Shown: one piece after another, positions 13,853-27,489 of the stretch
Position numbering within the stretch: position 1 is the stretch's first letter
Layout of the letters: each line of letters opens with the position of its first letter
Source: Octopus bimaculoides
Lineage: Eukaryota
Assembly (NCBI RefSeq): GCF_001194135.2
Contig: NC_068985.1
Coordinates: 118,783,195 to 118,847,194 of the forward strand
Direction of reading: 5' to 3'
DNA: 64,000 nucleotides
Notes under the pieces: generated by a model
Databases searched by the model: none
What the model was told of the DNA's origin: nothing
The model's input: only the letters and a program-made list of their open reading frames with translations
Position numbers and translations under genes: made by a program

Positions 13853-14271
13853 GGTAATAATAATAATAGTGGTGGTGTTGATGGAGGTGGTGATCGTAGT
13901 AATCATGGTGAGGTGGTGAAGGTGGTTATGATGTTGATAATAGTGATGATGACAGAGAAGGTATTGGTGATATCTGAACAGGTAATTCTGGGTAATGAGT
14001 AAGGGAGAGGGTAAACTGAGAGTGTGGTGGTGGTGGTGGGTGGATGGATGAATGGATGGTTGCATGAGGATAGTGATAATGATTTTGATATTCTATTTTC
14101 ATGGTTTGGTGGGGGAGATGAAAACAATCGCATTGATGACGATGACGACAGCGATAACAACGGCAACAATGACGATGCTGACATTTACAATGGCAACAAC
14201 AACAATGATGCAGATGGTAATGCTTGTTGTTATTGTAAACACAGACACACAAATATATACATATAAATATA

Positions 14272-14309
<38 letters not shown>

Positions 14310-14360
14310 TATCTATATATATATATATAGATATAGATATATAGATATATATATATATAG

Positions 14361-14397
<37 letters not shown>

Positions 14398-15250
14398 NNN
14401 NNNNNNNNNNNNNNNNNNNNNNNNNNNNNNNNNNNNNNNNNNNNNNNNNNNNNNNNNNNNNNNNNNNNNNNNNNNNNNNNNNNNNNNNNNNNNNNNNNNN
14501 NNNNNNNNNNNNNNNNNNNNNNNNNNNNNNNNNNNNNNNNNNNNNNNNNNNNNNNNNNNNNNNNNNNNNNNNNNNNNNNNNNNNNNNNNNNNNNNNNNNN
14601 NNNNNNNNNNNNNNNNNNNNNNNNNNNNNNNNNNNNNNNNNNNNNNNNNNNNNNNNNNNNNNNNNNNNNNNNNNNNNNNNNNNNNNNNNNNNNNNNNNNN
14701 NNNNNNNNNNNNNNNNNNNNTATATATATATATATATATATATATATGCATGCATGACAGGCTTTTTTTAGTTTCTGTCAACCAAATCCATTCACAAAGC
14801 TTTAGTCGGTCCGAGGCTGTAGTAGAAGACACTTGCCCAAGGTGCCACACAGTGGGACTGAACCTGGAACCATGTGATTGAGAAGCAAGTTTCTTACCAC
14901 TGCCATGCCTGCTAATAATTCTGCCAGCTCACTGCCTTAATGAGAATGATAAGACTAAGACTAATAGTAGAAACAGTAAGTATTGATAACGTGCGGTGAG
15001 TAGCAACAACAGTATTGATGATGGTATTGATGATGATGATGATGATGATGATGGTGGTGATGATGATGATCATCATCATCATCATCATTCTCATAATCAT
15101 TATCAACATCACCATGGCATCAGTACCAATGCTGTTGCTACCCTCCAATACAGAAGCAATTAAAGGAGAGAAGTAGCTGTAGGAACATTACTTTGTTAAT
15201 AGCTGAATCCAAACATATTCTTCCCTCCACCTCCATAAAACACACACAGA

Positions 15251-15288
<38 letters not shown>

Positions 15289-15625
15289 CACACCAGGCAC
15301 ATACATACACCTACACACATAAACATATACAAACAACATCCATAAAGATCCATTTGGCTCTGTATAAGAGTGAAGCCAAACAGTGGTGTTTGCATATTTG
15401 GATTGCTGGGTCTCTCCTCAGGCATTTTCTCCACATTAAGAGACATTTCCCATTGGTTCTCATTGTAATCGCTCAAAAACAAAGCAATTAGTGTAATTTA
15501 GTTAGACAACAGCAGCAGTCAAGCTAGCATTTAGATATTTCATACATAGGCTCTCAGACAGTGTAATGTGTTTTATTTACATTTTCCTGTCATGTTATAA
15601 CGGATACTTAAAGCAGCATGAACAT

Positions 15626-15661
<36 letters not shown>

Positions 15662-15714
15662 AAATCCATATATTATTCACCTACATATGTAAACATACAA
15701 ACCTATATATATAT

Positions 15715-15804
<90 letters not shown>

Positions 15805-16267
15805 NNNNNNNNNNNNNNNNNNNNNNNNNNNNNNNNNNNNNNNNNNNNNNNNNNNNNNNNNNNNNNNNNNNNNNNNNNNNNNNNNNNNNNNNNNNNNNNN
15901 NNNNNNNNNNNNNNNNNNNNNNNNNNNNNNNNNNNNNNNNNNNNNNNNNNNNNNNNNNNNNNNNNNNNNNNNNNNNNNNNNNNNNNNNNNNNNNNNNNNN
16001 NNNNNNNNNNNNNNNNNNNNNNNNNNNNNNNNNNNNNNNNNNNNNNNNNNNNNNNNNNNNNNNNNNNNNNNNNNNNNNNNNNNNNNNNNNNNNNNNNNNN
16101 NNNNNNNNNNNNNNNNNNNNNNNNNNNNNNNNNNNNNNNNNNNNNNNNNNNNNNNNNNNNNNNNNNNNNNNNNNNNNNNNNNNNNNNNNNNNNNNNNNNN
16201 NNNNNNNNNNNNNNNNNNNNNNNNNNNNNNNNNNNNNNNNNNNNNNNNNNNNNNNNNNNNNNNNNNN

Positions 16268-16317
<50 letters not shown>

Positions 16318-16882
16318 CATCATCATCATTGTTTAACGTCCGCTTTCCATGCTGGCATGGTTGGACGGTTTGACTGAGGAGTTTCTATGGCTGGATGCCC
16401 TTCCAAACACCAACCACTTTACAATATGTGGGGGATACTTTTCTTCATGCCGCCAGCAATAGTGTGATTGCCAAATAACTTGCAAGACAATCAAAGGAAA
16501 AGGAAAAGGAAAGAGGCCCCTCAGTTATATTGTAGGAGTATTTGAGAGGAGGAAAAGCGGATTTTTACCAGGTGTTGGGAGTGGGGTTAAAGAGGAACTA
16601 ATACAGGTGTCTTGCTATAGTGAAGATACATGGATACTCCACAATGTACAAGGATGAGAGGGAGTACCTATGATGATAAATACAGGAATGTAGTTACCCA
16701 CAGAGATAAACAATTATGGAAAAAATATTAGTGTTTTAACACAAGACTTTACTTAACATACAACATACACATGTGAATCCAATGACATAAAACAATCTAC
16801 TGGTCAAATTCTGGTGGGAAAGTCTGTATAAACATAAAGTACACACTATAAAAATGACAGTACAGAAACCCAAACCAGTCAG

Positions 16883-16923
16883 CATCCTGAAGATGAGGCT
16901 AAGATAGTCTGGAAATGTTGATG
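16883..16923 (+). ncRNA. Degenerate minimal hammerhead motif, Penelope-like terminal repeat remnant
   Basis: CAUC-CUGAAGAU-G[AGGCU-AAGAU-AGUCU]G-GAAAU-GUU-GAUG. Stem I CAUC/GAUG, 5-bp stem II. Two substitutions (C11.1 to G; C15.2 to U, CpG-decay-like) from an intact core. Confidence 0.45.
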
Positions 16924-17189
16924 AAAGCAAACTTGGGAACTTTGATGTTTCAAATGAACTAAAAGGAAGTGATACTCAGTTCAATAAATTCCGAGGTTGG
17001 AAGCAAAACTAGAATTGAAAGGCTTGGGAGTAAACCTTGCAAAGACAAAAGTTTTAGTTAACTGGAAAGAAGCCCGGAGTGTACTTCTCTCAGAAGGGTA
17101 GTCATGCTCTATATATAGAAGAGGCATGTGTAGTGCCTCTATACTGTGTACCAAATGTAAATTAGGATTTTTTCTTTCTAAGGCCTCCA

Positions 17190-17510
17190 TCTATCATTAA
17201 TAATTATCGATGAAGGTCCCAGTTGTCCATTCTACAGGAACAGTTTTTCTTTTGTGGTTGAACTGTCCAATGCGTGAATGACAGTCTCTACCACACAAAC
17301 TGCACTTGTGGGCTGTACTAATACTGTTTGAGTTGAAGTGCCCCCTCAATAGGTTCCAAGCCTGGGCAGTATGGCATGGAGGATAGGTTGTTGTCCATGC
17401 AGCACAACCCACTCTCCACATCACTAATGGAACCAAAAGAACAGCATGGCCATGACAAACTGGCACCAGCAACATTGCAGGAGTTGCCAGAATAAGGTGA
17501 GGTTGTAGAT
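17190..17510 (-). mobile_element. RTE-like LINE 3' end
   Basis: Minus strand HKCSLCGRDCHSRIGQFNHKR, the C-terminal zinc-finger-like motif of RTE elements. Confidence 0.75.
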
Positions 17511-17796
17511 ATCAAACTGTCTCAGGAGCTCCAATCTCAATTTCCCTCAATCCTTCCACAAGGCAGTGGAGGTTTGGAATCAGGATTTTCCTTCCCCTAG
17601 ATGGATTGCCCTCCTCCAAGCTTTTAAGCTCCAGCTGCCTGACTGACGTGCTAATTAACCCACAATAGGAACTTTAACAGGTGCTTCTGCTTCGGGTCAG
17701 TGTAGATCTGGGGACAATAATAACTAAAATGTGGTCCCACACTCTTCAAAACCCTAGAACTCCTGAATCAGGGTCCTACTATTGGATGCAATTTAA

Positions 17797-18010
17797 CCCT
17801 TTATCATTTAAACTGGCCATATCAGGCCTAGATATTCTACTTGTCTTATGTTAAAACTAGCCAGATCTAGCTTCTCACACCTGCCCTACAATATTATTCC
17901 AAAAATTAAACCCTCCCATTATTGAAACCTCAAGGTTACAAGATATTGCATGATTAATTTAAAACAACAAGAATAAATAAACATTACACTTGGCAGAATA
18001 ATCTGAATGC
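17797..18010. mobile_element. piggyBac-type MITE, second copy lacking the right terminus
   Basis: ttaa then ccctttatcatttaaactggccatatc...aatctgaatgc; colinear with 27490-27705. Confidence 0.7.
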
Positions 18011-19135
18011 ATATATTGTTGATGGTTAGACAATAATTATTAGACCATCAGGACACAAATTAGGATAGACACAAAAGCTGCAGAGGGATCAAAGGCAGAC
18101 TGACAGAGAAGAAAGACTTTATATGTAGCAGTTGCTCAAAAGTAGTTAGCAGTAGGAGCATCCCTCCTCTCTGCTGGGAGGCACAAGTGCTTACATGCAC
18201 ATGGACACACACGACAGAAACTTCTGCCTACTAAATTCAATGATAAGGCTTCGGTTGGCCCAAGGCTATAGCAGAAGACACCTGCCTAAGGTGTCACATA
18301 GTTGGACTGAACCTGAAACCACGTGGCTGGGAAGCAAGCTTCCTAGCCACATAGCCATGCCTTCAAATGCCCGGAAGATTCTCTAAAAGCTGTTGATAGT
18401 TTTGATAACCTAACTGACCTAATTAGCAATCGAAGTCAGGTGTTCTGAGAGAATAATAGCTGGAGCAAGAACACATATATTTATATTTAGCTATTTTCCC
18501 TGTTTAAAATGTTTGTTTATATAGGTATGTTAAGCTTGACTGAAGTGTTTGTATAGCTTTACAACAAAATGTAAATAAAACACACCCTCTATCTGTCTGT
18601 CTCCCTCTCTCTCTTTCTGTTTCACACACATGCACACATGCAAAATTTGAAAAGATCATAAATTCCTCCTTAAAACACACTCCCCATCTCTCTTTAGTCT
18701 ATCCTTGCTAACATCAGACACAGTGTGACATTATACTAATCAGCCAATTATCTATGTTCACTTTGTGTCTATTGACTATCATCGACATCCACTCAGATCA
18801 ATATCAAACCGGATGCTGGCACAAAGTCATATGGGTGAGCTAATGATACATGAGCAATCGACTTACAAGAAATAGCAACCAAATCTCACTCAAATCACAG
18901 ATTACTATCTTAAAAGGATAATGTCGATCTAGATACATCATATAATGTGTCAATAAAAGGCAGGATAGTCACAGCTGGAATATTTCTGATGATAGATCAT
19001 CTAAGCCATAGCTGACTTGGGGTTAAACTGCAACATAATATAGATCTCAAAGCATAGTTACAAAAGTGAAATAGTAAGATAGATTGGTTATTGAACTATG
19101 TGCTCTAGGTTATTGAACTGTGCACCCTAAATATA

Positions 19136-19351
19136 CAAGGAGGTGATGAAAAGTTCTGGTTTTGGGTAAAAGAAAATACAGGAGGATCAGTTAATTATGA
19201 TTTTTTTCAACATATTCCCCTCTCAGGTTCACACACTTATTGCAGTGGCCCTTCAGTTTTCCTAAGCCTTGTAAAAGAACTCAGAAGGTTGGGTTTCCAG
19301 CCAGGCCTTTTGCGATACCCTTAAAGCCAGGAACTTTTCAGCTACCCCTTG
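19136..19351. mobile_element. Mariner-type MITE
   Basis: TA flanks; TIRs caaggaggtgatgaaaagttctggttt / aaagccaggaacttttcagctaccccttg. Confidence 0.85.
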
Positions 19352-21352
19352 TACAGAGCCAAAACCATAAGTATTTAGTTTCACTGTAAAATTACTTACT
19401 ACTTGTACTAGTGGTGGCATTCATCAAGGGTAGGTTGAGCCAGTCCTGACCAACAAGTTCACCATGTCTCTCATCAGACATAGAGTTCATGTTTGGCATT
19501 TTCAGTGGGAATACAAGCTCACATGTGGTCCCTGGTCATATGCATACACACTTTGGGACAGTGTGATCCATAGCAACTCATTTTGCTGTTGATTATTGAC
19601 CATTGAAGAGGATTTTCTGACCAAATCACTGCTGATTATTAGAGCAGATATAGCCTGGGTTTGAATCAAGTTGTAGAGACATACTTTAACAAAAGCTGTG
19701 GGGTGCCCAACTCCAGCATGCCAGACACCAACCCAGAATTTCCAAGGGCTTGTGCTATTGCTAGATAGTTGTTGAACCTATGCTAAGTTCACCCATCCTT
19801 TTGAGAGGTTTTGTTTTCAGTCCTGCTAGGTTTCTAGCAACACTCCTCAGCAGGCAAACTTAGTGGGGTTACTGGTTTAGTCACTGCCAATTTGACCAAG
19901 CAACAGGTTGTACTGGATTCCATTTTAACAGTAGCACTCATAAGAGACCTCACAAGTGGTCTGACACTAGCCCTCAAGGAGAGCCCTTTCTGGCAGTTTG
20001 GGATGACAACTGAATTGATTAGCTTCAAATTTATTTAAACAACTCATCAAGATTTGTTCATCATTTCCTCACAAGATGCTGAGATAAAGTAGCTGTTGTG
20101 TAAACTAATTTCTATCACCATTGGTTTTTGATATTAATGCTAAATAAGGCAGTGAGCTGGCAAAATTGCTAGAAGACCAGACAAAATACTAAGCAGTATT
20201 TCGTCTGTCTTTACATTCTGTGTCCAATTTCTGCCAAGGTCAATTTTGTTTCTCATCCTTTTCGGGGTCAATGAAATAAGTACCAGTTGTGCACTGGTGT
20301 TGATGTAATTGACTTCCCCCACCTCCCCCAAAATTTCAGGCCTTGTACCTATTGTAGAAAGGATACTAATACTAAGCATTTCTATTCTGGAATTCTACTA
20401 TATTTGAAATATACTGTTTGGATTACCTAATAACACTCTTTTGTAATATAATTTTTGGAATCTAATTTCTAATAGATATAGCAAGCTGCATGAACTCTCT
20501 GTTTAGTTTGCAATATCATTGTTTGCTAATGTCATTATGGCACTGACATGTCTTTTGCATACTAGCATAAGGTTAGGACTGTCTAAAGCGATTACTAATT
20601 CAGTGTATATTGTGCTGCTTAGATGATATTGGCAAATCACAAAACACATATATAACAGATGTCTGAAAATTTGAACTTACTGTTGTAGACTTATATAATC
20701 ATCATATATAATTACTGTAAAGTATCATTATATAATTATTGCTTATAATTATCATAAAATATAACAGTAGTGGAAGGCTTCTTATTAACATGTAAACAAA
20801 CATGTGATTTAGGCATAACTCATTTACATAATGGTATATTGTTGATGGCTAGACAATAATTACTAGACTATCAATACAATGTGGGTTATGAATAAATCTC
20901 CCCTCCCACCCTCTCACTACAATTGCACTGTTTTTCTTGTCTTACTCTCTCTTCATTCTCTCTCTCTCACTCATTTTCTCTCTGTTTTTCACTGTCTTCT
21001 CTTCACCCACTTGGCTTTAAATAAACAGAGACAATGCAGTGTAGTGAGGACTCGTTACTCTTGATTAGCTTAATACAAATGCTTTGATACTGGTGTCATG
21101 ATAACAAATACTCAGCATATTCTGTAAATTGGTTGGTGAATGGATGAAGACAATGGAGAAAATTGAGAAACTTTTTAGCCTTGTCAAAGTCATGTGCTGG
21201 TGTCATGGTAAAATACACCCAGTATACTCAATAAAGTGATTGGTGAATGAAGAGACAACATAAGTTGAAAGGACCCTTTAATTATACTGAGGACATGAGA
21301 GCCTCTGTAGAGTTACAGCCCTGATAGAATGCACCCAATACACTTTGTAAAG

Positions 21353-21570
21353 CAAAGGGATGCTAAAAAGTTCCTGGTTTTGGGTAAAAGAAAATACAGG
21401 AGGATCAGTTAATTATGATTTTATGGAACATATTCCCCTCTCAGATTCACACACTTATTGCAGTGGCCCTTCAGTTTATCTAAGCTTTGTAAAAGAACTC
21501 AGAAGGTTTGGCTTCCAACCAGGCCTTTTGCGACACCCTTAAAGCCAGGAACTTTTCAGCACCCACCTCG
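21353..21570. mobile_element. Mariner-type MITE, second copy
   Basis: Colinear with 19136-19351; ends aaagccaggaacttttcagcacccacctcg then ta. Confidence 0.85.
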
Positions 21571-22176
21571 TACAAGGTAAATAAAGTCCTCTGATCCATC
21601 CAGGAGGGTAGTAGCTTTGAATAAGAGCAAATTTGGACAGTAATGACTTGTCTAACCCATGCCAGTATAGAAACCAGATGTAAAATGATGTTGATACTGA
21701 TGATATACAGCCATAGTGATGTGTATTTATTTGTATTGGAACTCTGGTAAATACCGTTTCCTAGGTCATGATTTAAATCGATTGCTGGTGCTTTGTTGTT
21801 TTAGGGCAGAACACTTTATTCTATATTGCCTTAGTTCACCTAGATGTCAGAAGGTACCCGATCATGTGAGAGTGTGACCTGAGGTTGACCAGTCTCATAT
21901 CCAGTGGGAGTTCTAGCTGTCACTTACATAGGTCCATGAAACCAGAGCTAAGTAGCGACACTTAAAAGCCCAGAAAGGTATTAAAATTTGGTATCTTTTG
22001 TCTTTTAGTTTTTACTTGTTTCAATCATTATATTGTGGACATGCTGGGGGTACCACCTCGAAGAATTTTAGTTGAATGAATCAACCCTAGTACTTATAAA
22101 TTTTCGAAGCCTGGTATTAATTCTATCAGTCTGTTTTGCTGAGAAGCTAAGTTACAGGGACAAAGCAGTGGTAGGG

Positions 22177-22214
<38 letters not shown>

Positions 22215-23559
22215 ACAGGCATCTTTCAATCTCCATCTACCAAATCCACTGACAAGGATTTGGTTGGCCCAAGGCTATAATAGAAGAAACTTTCCTGAGG
22301 TGCCATGCAGTGGGCTGAACCAAGAACCATGAACCATGTAGTTGGGAAGCAAACTTTTTATCTAACAGCTACAAGAAAATATAAATATACACAAACACAC
22401 AAATTAACAAAAAGATCTATGTATACATACATACACAGAGAGAGATTTGTTTCTATTTGTCAACTGTGAATAAATTTTACCCCAGGCTATTCTATTATAT
22501 TNNNNNNNNNNNNNNNNNNNNNNNNNNNNNNNNNNNNNNNNNNNNNNNNNNNNNNNNNNNNNNNNNNNNNNNNNNNNNNNNNNNNNNNNNNNNNNNNNNN
22601 NNNNNNNNNNNNNNNNNNNNNNNNNNNNNNNNNNNNNNNNNNNNNNNNNNNNNNNNNNNNTATATATTATTTTGTTTAAAAGACTTCCAACACTGTCTGT
22701 TTTTTGTTTTATTTATATTCCTGCAGAACCAATGTGGGGTATAGAATATGGAATATACAATATATAATATAATATACAATATATAAAATAAAATAAAATA
22801 AAATAAAATAAAATAAAAATGGATGGCACCATGAAAGAAAGTATTGAATGTAGATGAAATATTGAGTGTTCAATATAAAGGATCAAATATATAAATATAA
22901 AAATATAAATATATATATATATAGGCTCAGGTATAGCTGTGTGGTAAGAAGTTTGCTTTCCCAACCACATGGTTCTGGGTGCAGTCCCACTGTGTGGTAC
23001 CTTGGGCAAGAGCCTTCTGCTATAGCCTTGCGCTGACCAGAGTCTTGTGAGTGGATTTAGTAGACGGAAACTGAAGGAAGCTCATCACGCATATCTATGT
23101 GTGTGTATCTTTGTGTTTGTGTTTGTCCCCCTCCCTCACCTGCTTGACAACTAATGTTGGTGTGTTTATGTCTCCATAACTTTGTGGTTTGGCAAAAAAG
23201 ACCGATAAAATAAGTATCGGCTTAAAAAAAGAAAGCAAACACAGGAATTGATTCATTCGATTAAAAATTCTTAAAGGCAGTGCCCCAGCATGGCCGCAGT
23301 CTAATGGCTGAAACAAATAAAAGATAAAAGACGGTGTGTGTGTGTGTGTGTGTGCATGCATGCCTGAATGTATAGCTGAACATCAACTGCAACTGTCACC
23401 AGTCTGGGCAGACCTACCAATTTATTCAAATTCTACTTTGCTTAAATATTCCATTGTAATGATATAAATTAGTCTGCCAGCATAATCATGCTATCTAACA
23501 CATATATCTGACAGTTACATTTGTGTTTTGCACAATTTTTCTTTATATTTTCTGCTGGT

Positions 23560-24065
23560 AGATGTTGCTATATTTTCCAAGATCCCTTTTATAATCAGTG
23601 TCCAAAAATTGTTTTCTGTATACACAAAATACTTCTACTGGAATGTATACTTTTCTTGTTGCTGAAGAGTCATCTACATAAACATTGTCTCCTCAGTAAA
23701 AGCTTATGTTGTCAAACAAATACTGATTTGGATTGTTCCATGTATATGCGATTATTTCCCCTGTATATGTCCTTCTTCAATCCCCAATGTTAAACATTAA
23801 CATAAATTTTTCCCTTCATTTAAATTTCATTGATCTTTGTTCCAGTATATATCTGTTTCTCCTATTTGACAATGCAAATGTTGTCCAGGTACTATTCTTT
23901 CTTGCCTGTGTAATTTTTCTTAATGTATCGTATGCTCTGCTTGGTGGTAGATTACAAAAGAAATTGTTTGACATTGAATCTGTTGTTGAATATATGGTTT
24001 CCATCTAGAATAAAGCTTGCTTAGAACCTATATATTCTACTAGATATGGTTTTGAATGAAATAGC
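23560..24065 (-). mobile_element. Decayed reverse-transcriptase fragment
   Basis: AYDTLRK (cf. KAYD), GLKKD (cf. GLRQG) and YVDD appear in order on the minus strand, in shifting frames. Confidence 0.4.
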
Positions 24066-24304
24066 ATTATTTTTGTTTGGTTGCTTACTATATCTGAATG
24101 AAAGTGCAGTACCCATAGCCTATGCAGACCCTCTGAAACCAATGAGATTTGTCTTGTTAATTATCATCATCATTGTTTAACATCTGCACTCCATGCTGGC
24201 ATGGGTTGGACGATTTGACATGAATCTGGCTAGCAGGGAGCTGTCCGGGATCCAACTGTCTGTTGTGGCATGGTTTCTATGGCTGGATGCCCTTTCTAAT
24301 GCCA

Positions 24305-24900
24305 GATGCTTATGTTTTGTTTAAAATGTTGTGATTCAACAGTTGTAGGGAAGACATGAACAGAGAGGGTATTTCAGAGAGTTAACAGATAGTGAAGGAA
24401 TGACTAGGAATAAACAGTTAGTGCTGAGTCAGAGGTGAGGTTGAATTCAGTATAAGTGATGAGAGGACGAGAGAGAGATGAAGGAGTCAGGAATGATTGA
24501 GAGGATGTGGCATGAGACCAAGTAACTTCAAAACCAGATGTCATTACAGAAGTGGTAGAAAAGATAGAGAGTGAACAGATAGAATGCCTGTGAACCTGAC
24601 ACGAGTACTTTGTGTGTGATTTTATGCCAGTCACTCAAGTGTATTGTAGCAGTACTATTCTAGATGTGGGGCGAATATTTCATATTTGGCCTCACCCAGG
24701 ATTTGTAGAGTATCAATAAGCATTATGGGCTGTAATATTTTCTGGGTCTGAAGAGAAGGACCAATCTTTGAGATGGAATTCAGTGAGAATATGATCCAAT
24801 AATTGGAACAAATCTGAGGGCTTTAGTTGCAAGCTGCTCATATTTAAGGGATTTGTAATGTGATGATGGGCCATTCTATAAGTTCAGGATGTAACATGTG
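24305..24900 (-). mobile_element. Decayed L2/Jockey-like LINE 3' end
   Basis: Minus-strand pieces VRPNMKYSPHI, SLSIFYHF and SFLHY...NTLSVHVFPTT...FKQ parallel the usual IRPCMEY..H / SLFYRY / SFIP..LWNSLP.SVFP pattern. Confidence 0.55.
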
Positions 24901-25834
24901 GAGGACAAAATACTTAATTTCCCCATAAAAAACAAACCTGGTATATTAGAAATGCATGTGTGAAAAGAAGAGAGGGTGGGTTACAATTGACAACAAAATT
25001 TTATTGATCAGGAGTTAAAGTGTATTTTTTTGACAAACAAATTGTGTTCCAGATGTTACATGCAAAAATCTGCTGTTTTGTACCAAGCATGTTTCAAAGC
25101 AAAGTTCTCTGAAAGTATTGTTCCTCAGACACTGGTTTAAATTGAAAACAAACACTACATTTGTAAAAATTAAACTGTAATTTGAGCTGATATTGATGAC
25201 CGTAATCCCTTGTGACATGGTTTCTAGATGTAACATTGCACAAAAAGTATGAAAGGTGCTCTGATACTCTCAAAAATATTCTGTAACTTGTCCAGTTTAA
25301 TCACAACCAATTTAATTTAACTAAACACCAAAATAAAGCAAAAGCAAGATAAAGTTATCAAGTTTAATTCATAGCATTATGTAATTTAAAGTTCCTTGTC
25401 AAACTTAAAGTTTCCATGACATGTCATACTGGGGCAAGGCAAAAGTTCAACTATTTTACCATCATACATCCATAATTTGTCAATGGTGTTGTCAATGTGT
25501 TAATGGTTGTCAATGGTGTTAATATTTACATTGGATATTTGTTTTAAAAACACAAAAAGGTGTTCATCATCATCATCATTTAATGTTCGCTTTCCATGCT
25601 AGCACGGGTCGGACGATTTGACTGATGACTGGCGAACCAGATGGCTGCACCAGGCTCCAATCTGATCTGGCAGAGTTTCTACAGTTGGATGCTACCAGGC
25701 GTTAGCCTGGTAGCCCTTTGGTTTTTATACTGCCTTTTTCCCATCTGTTAACAACATCAGTTTCACTGGTCTCAGAGGGCCTGCATAGGCTATTGGTACT
25801 GCACTTTCATTCAGAGAACCAATAAGAATAAACC

Positions 25835-26010
25835 TATTTCATCAAAAACCATTTCTAGTAGAATATGTAAGCTCTAAGCAAGCTTTATTCAAAATGGAAA
25901 CCACATATTCATCAACAGATTCAATATCAAACAACAATTTGTATCATAATCTACCAGCAAGTAGAGCATTGAATACATTAAGAAAAATTACACAGTCAAG
26001 AAATAAAATT
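25835..26010 (+). mobile_element. Second, inverted copy of part of the 23560-24065 fragment
   Basis: METTYSSTDSISNN...SRALNTLRKITQ versus METIYSTTDSMSNN...SRAYDTLRKITQ on the opposite strand. Confidence 0.65.
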
Positions 26011-26359
26011 ATACAGACAAGGAAGAAAAATGTAAATGTGTATGGTAGGAGATTCAGGAGGAAGGAAAGCAGAGAAGAGGAAGACTGAGGAGGACATGAG
26101 CAGAAGTGGGAAAACTAACCTTGGGATTTTGAACTTCATAAAGGAGATTACAAAGGTATGTGACAAATGTTATGATGTTGAGTTGAAAAGGACTCATCTA
26201 ACCCATGCAAGTGTGAAGAAAAATGAATGTAAAACTGATGATGAACCAGTGTGTTTCTCCTTCCTCATGACATATTGCCAAAATAAGGATGATATTGTAA
26301 TAAAAGATGTGTAAGATGACATTACATGTATGTTTAGTGATGAAACATTGAGAGCTTAC

Positions 26360-26508
26360 CTGCCAAAGATAACAACCGCAGATTTCTCATAGAATACAAA
26401 TGTTGAAGACCATAATCTCGCACCTGTGTACACCACCTTAGGTAGAGTTTGATCAATGACGTCATCGTAGATAAGTAACCCACTCCTATGTCGGTTATAT
26501 GAGTACAT
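26360..26508 (-). CDS. FBXL16: F-box/LRR-repeat protein 16, penultimate coding exon
   Basis: Minus strand: acceptor tttgcag, then A TGT ACT CAT...TTG GCA G, then donor gtaagc. Encodes (R)[49 protein letters not shown](G), two AMN1-type LRRs typical of FBXL16. The final G joins GT of the next exon to give Gly. Confidence 0.93.
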
Positions 26509-27489
26509 CTGCAAAGAAAGAAGAGAAATAATATTAAAAATTATTAAGATTTAGGCACAAAGCCAGCAATTTTAAGGAGAATGGGGTTAGTTGATACCAT
26601 TCCTCCTGAAGGGATGAAAGGCAAAGATGACCTCAACAGAGTTTGAACTCAAAATGTAAAAATTTGGAACAAATGTTACAAAACATTTTTCTTAACACTC
26701 TAACGATTCTGCCAATCCACCATATTGACAATAATAATAATAATAAATGAAGTGTATATAATATGCAATTATGTATAAGATAAACCTCGATTTTGGCCTA
26801 AATTATCTTAAAAACTTGCAGCACCTTGTTCAAAATGTAATGTGGTACAATTGCTACAAGAGGAATCTACTAAAATATACAGTGAGCTGGCAGAATCAGT
26901 AGCACACTGGACAAAATAATTAGTGGCATTTCGTCTGATTTTTGAGTTCAAATTCCACTGAGAGCAACTTTACCTTTCATCCATTCGGTGTTGATAAAAT
27001 AAATAATTGTTAAGTGCTGGGGTCGAAGTAATCAACTTGGTTCCTCCCTTGAAATAGCTGGCCTTGTGCCAAAATGTGAAAGCAATATTTCATTTTATAC
27101 AAACTTATATTGCAACATAACTAATGCTAGCACACACACACACACATACAAAAAGGGTGGGACATAAAGCAAACAAAAAATTAACAAATAGAAATAATCA
27201 AAAAAATATTGATTTCTGATTTAGGCATAAGGCCAGAATTTTGAGGGGAAGATGTTAGTTGATACTATTGACTCCGGTACTTGAGGGGTACTTTATTTTA
27301 TTGACCCCTGACAGGCTGAATGACAAAGTTGACCTTAGTAAAATTTAAACTCAGATGTAAAGAGCTAGAACAAATATCAAAAGCAGTTATTTTACCAATA
27401 CTTTAATGATTCGGTTAGCTTGCTGTCTTTTATAAAACTAAAAGTATAGTAAGGTATCATTTTGATTACATTATTGTGTTTTTCTTTAA

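Noticed and set aside
13372-13919. 161-aa, 115-aa and 81-aa repetitive ORFs
   Set aside because: By-products of the 62-bp minisatellite; not a CRISPR array (no unique spacers, eukaryotic context).
19400-20040. Complex, GC-richer segment
   Set aside because: No sustained ORF or recognisable motif; probably an old TE remnant.
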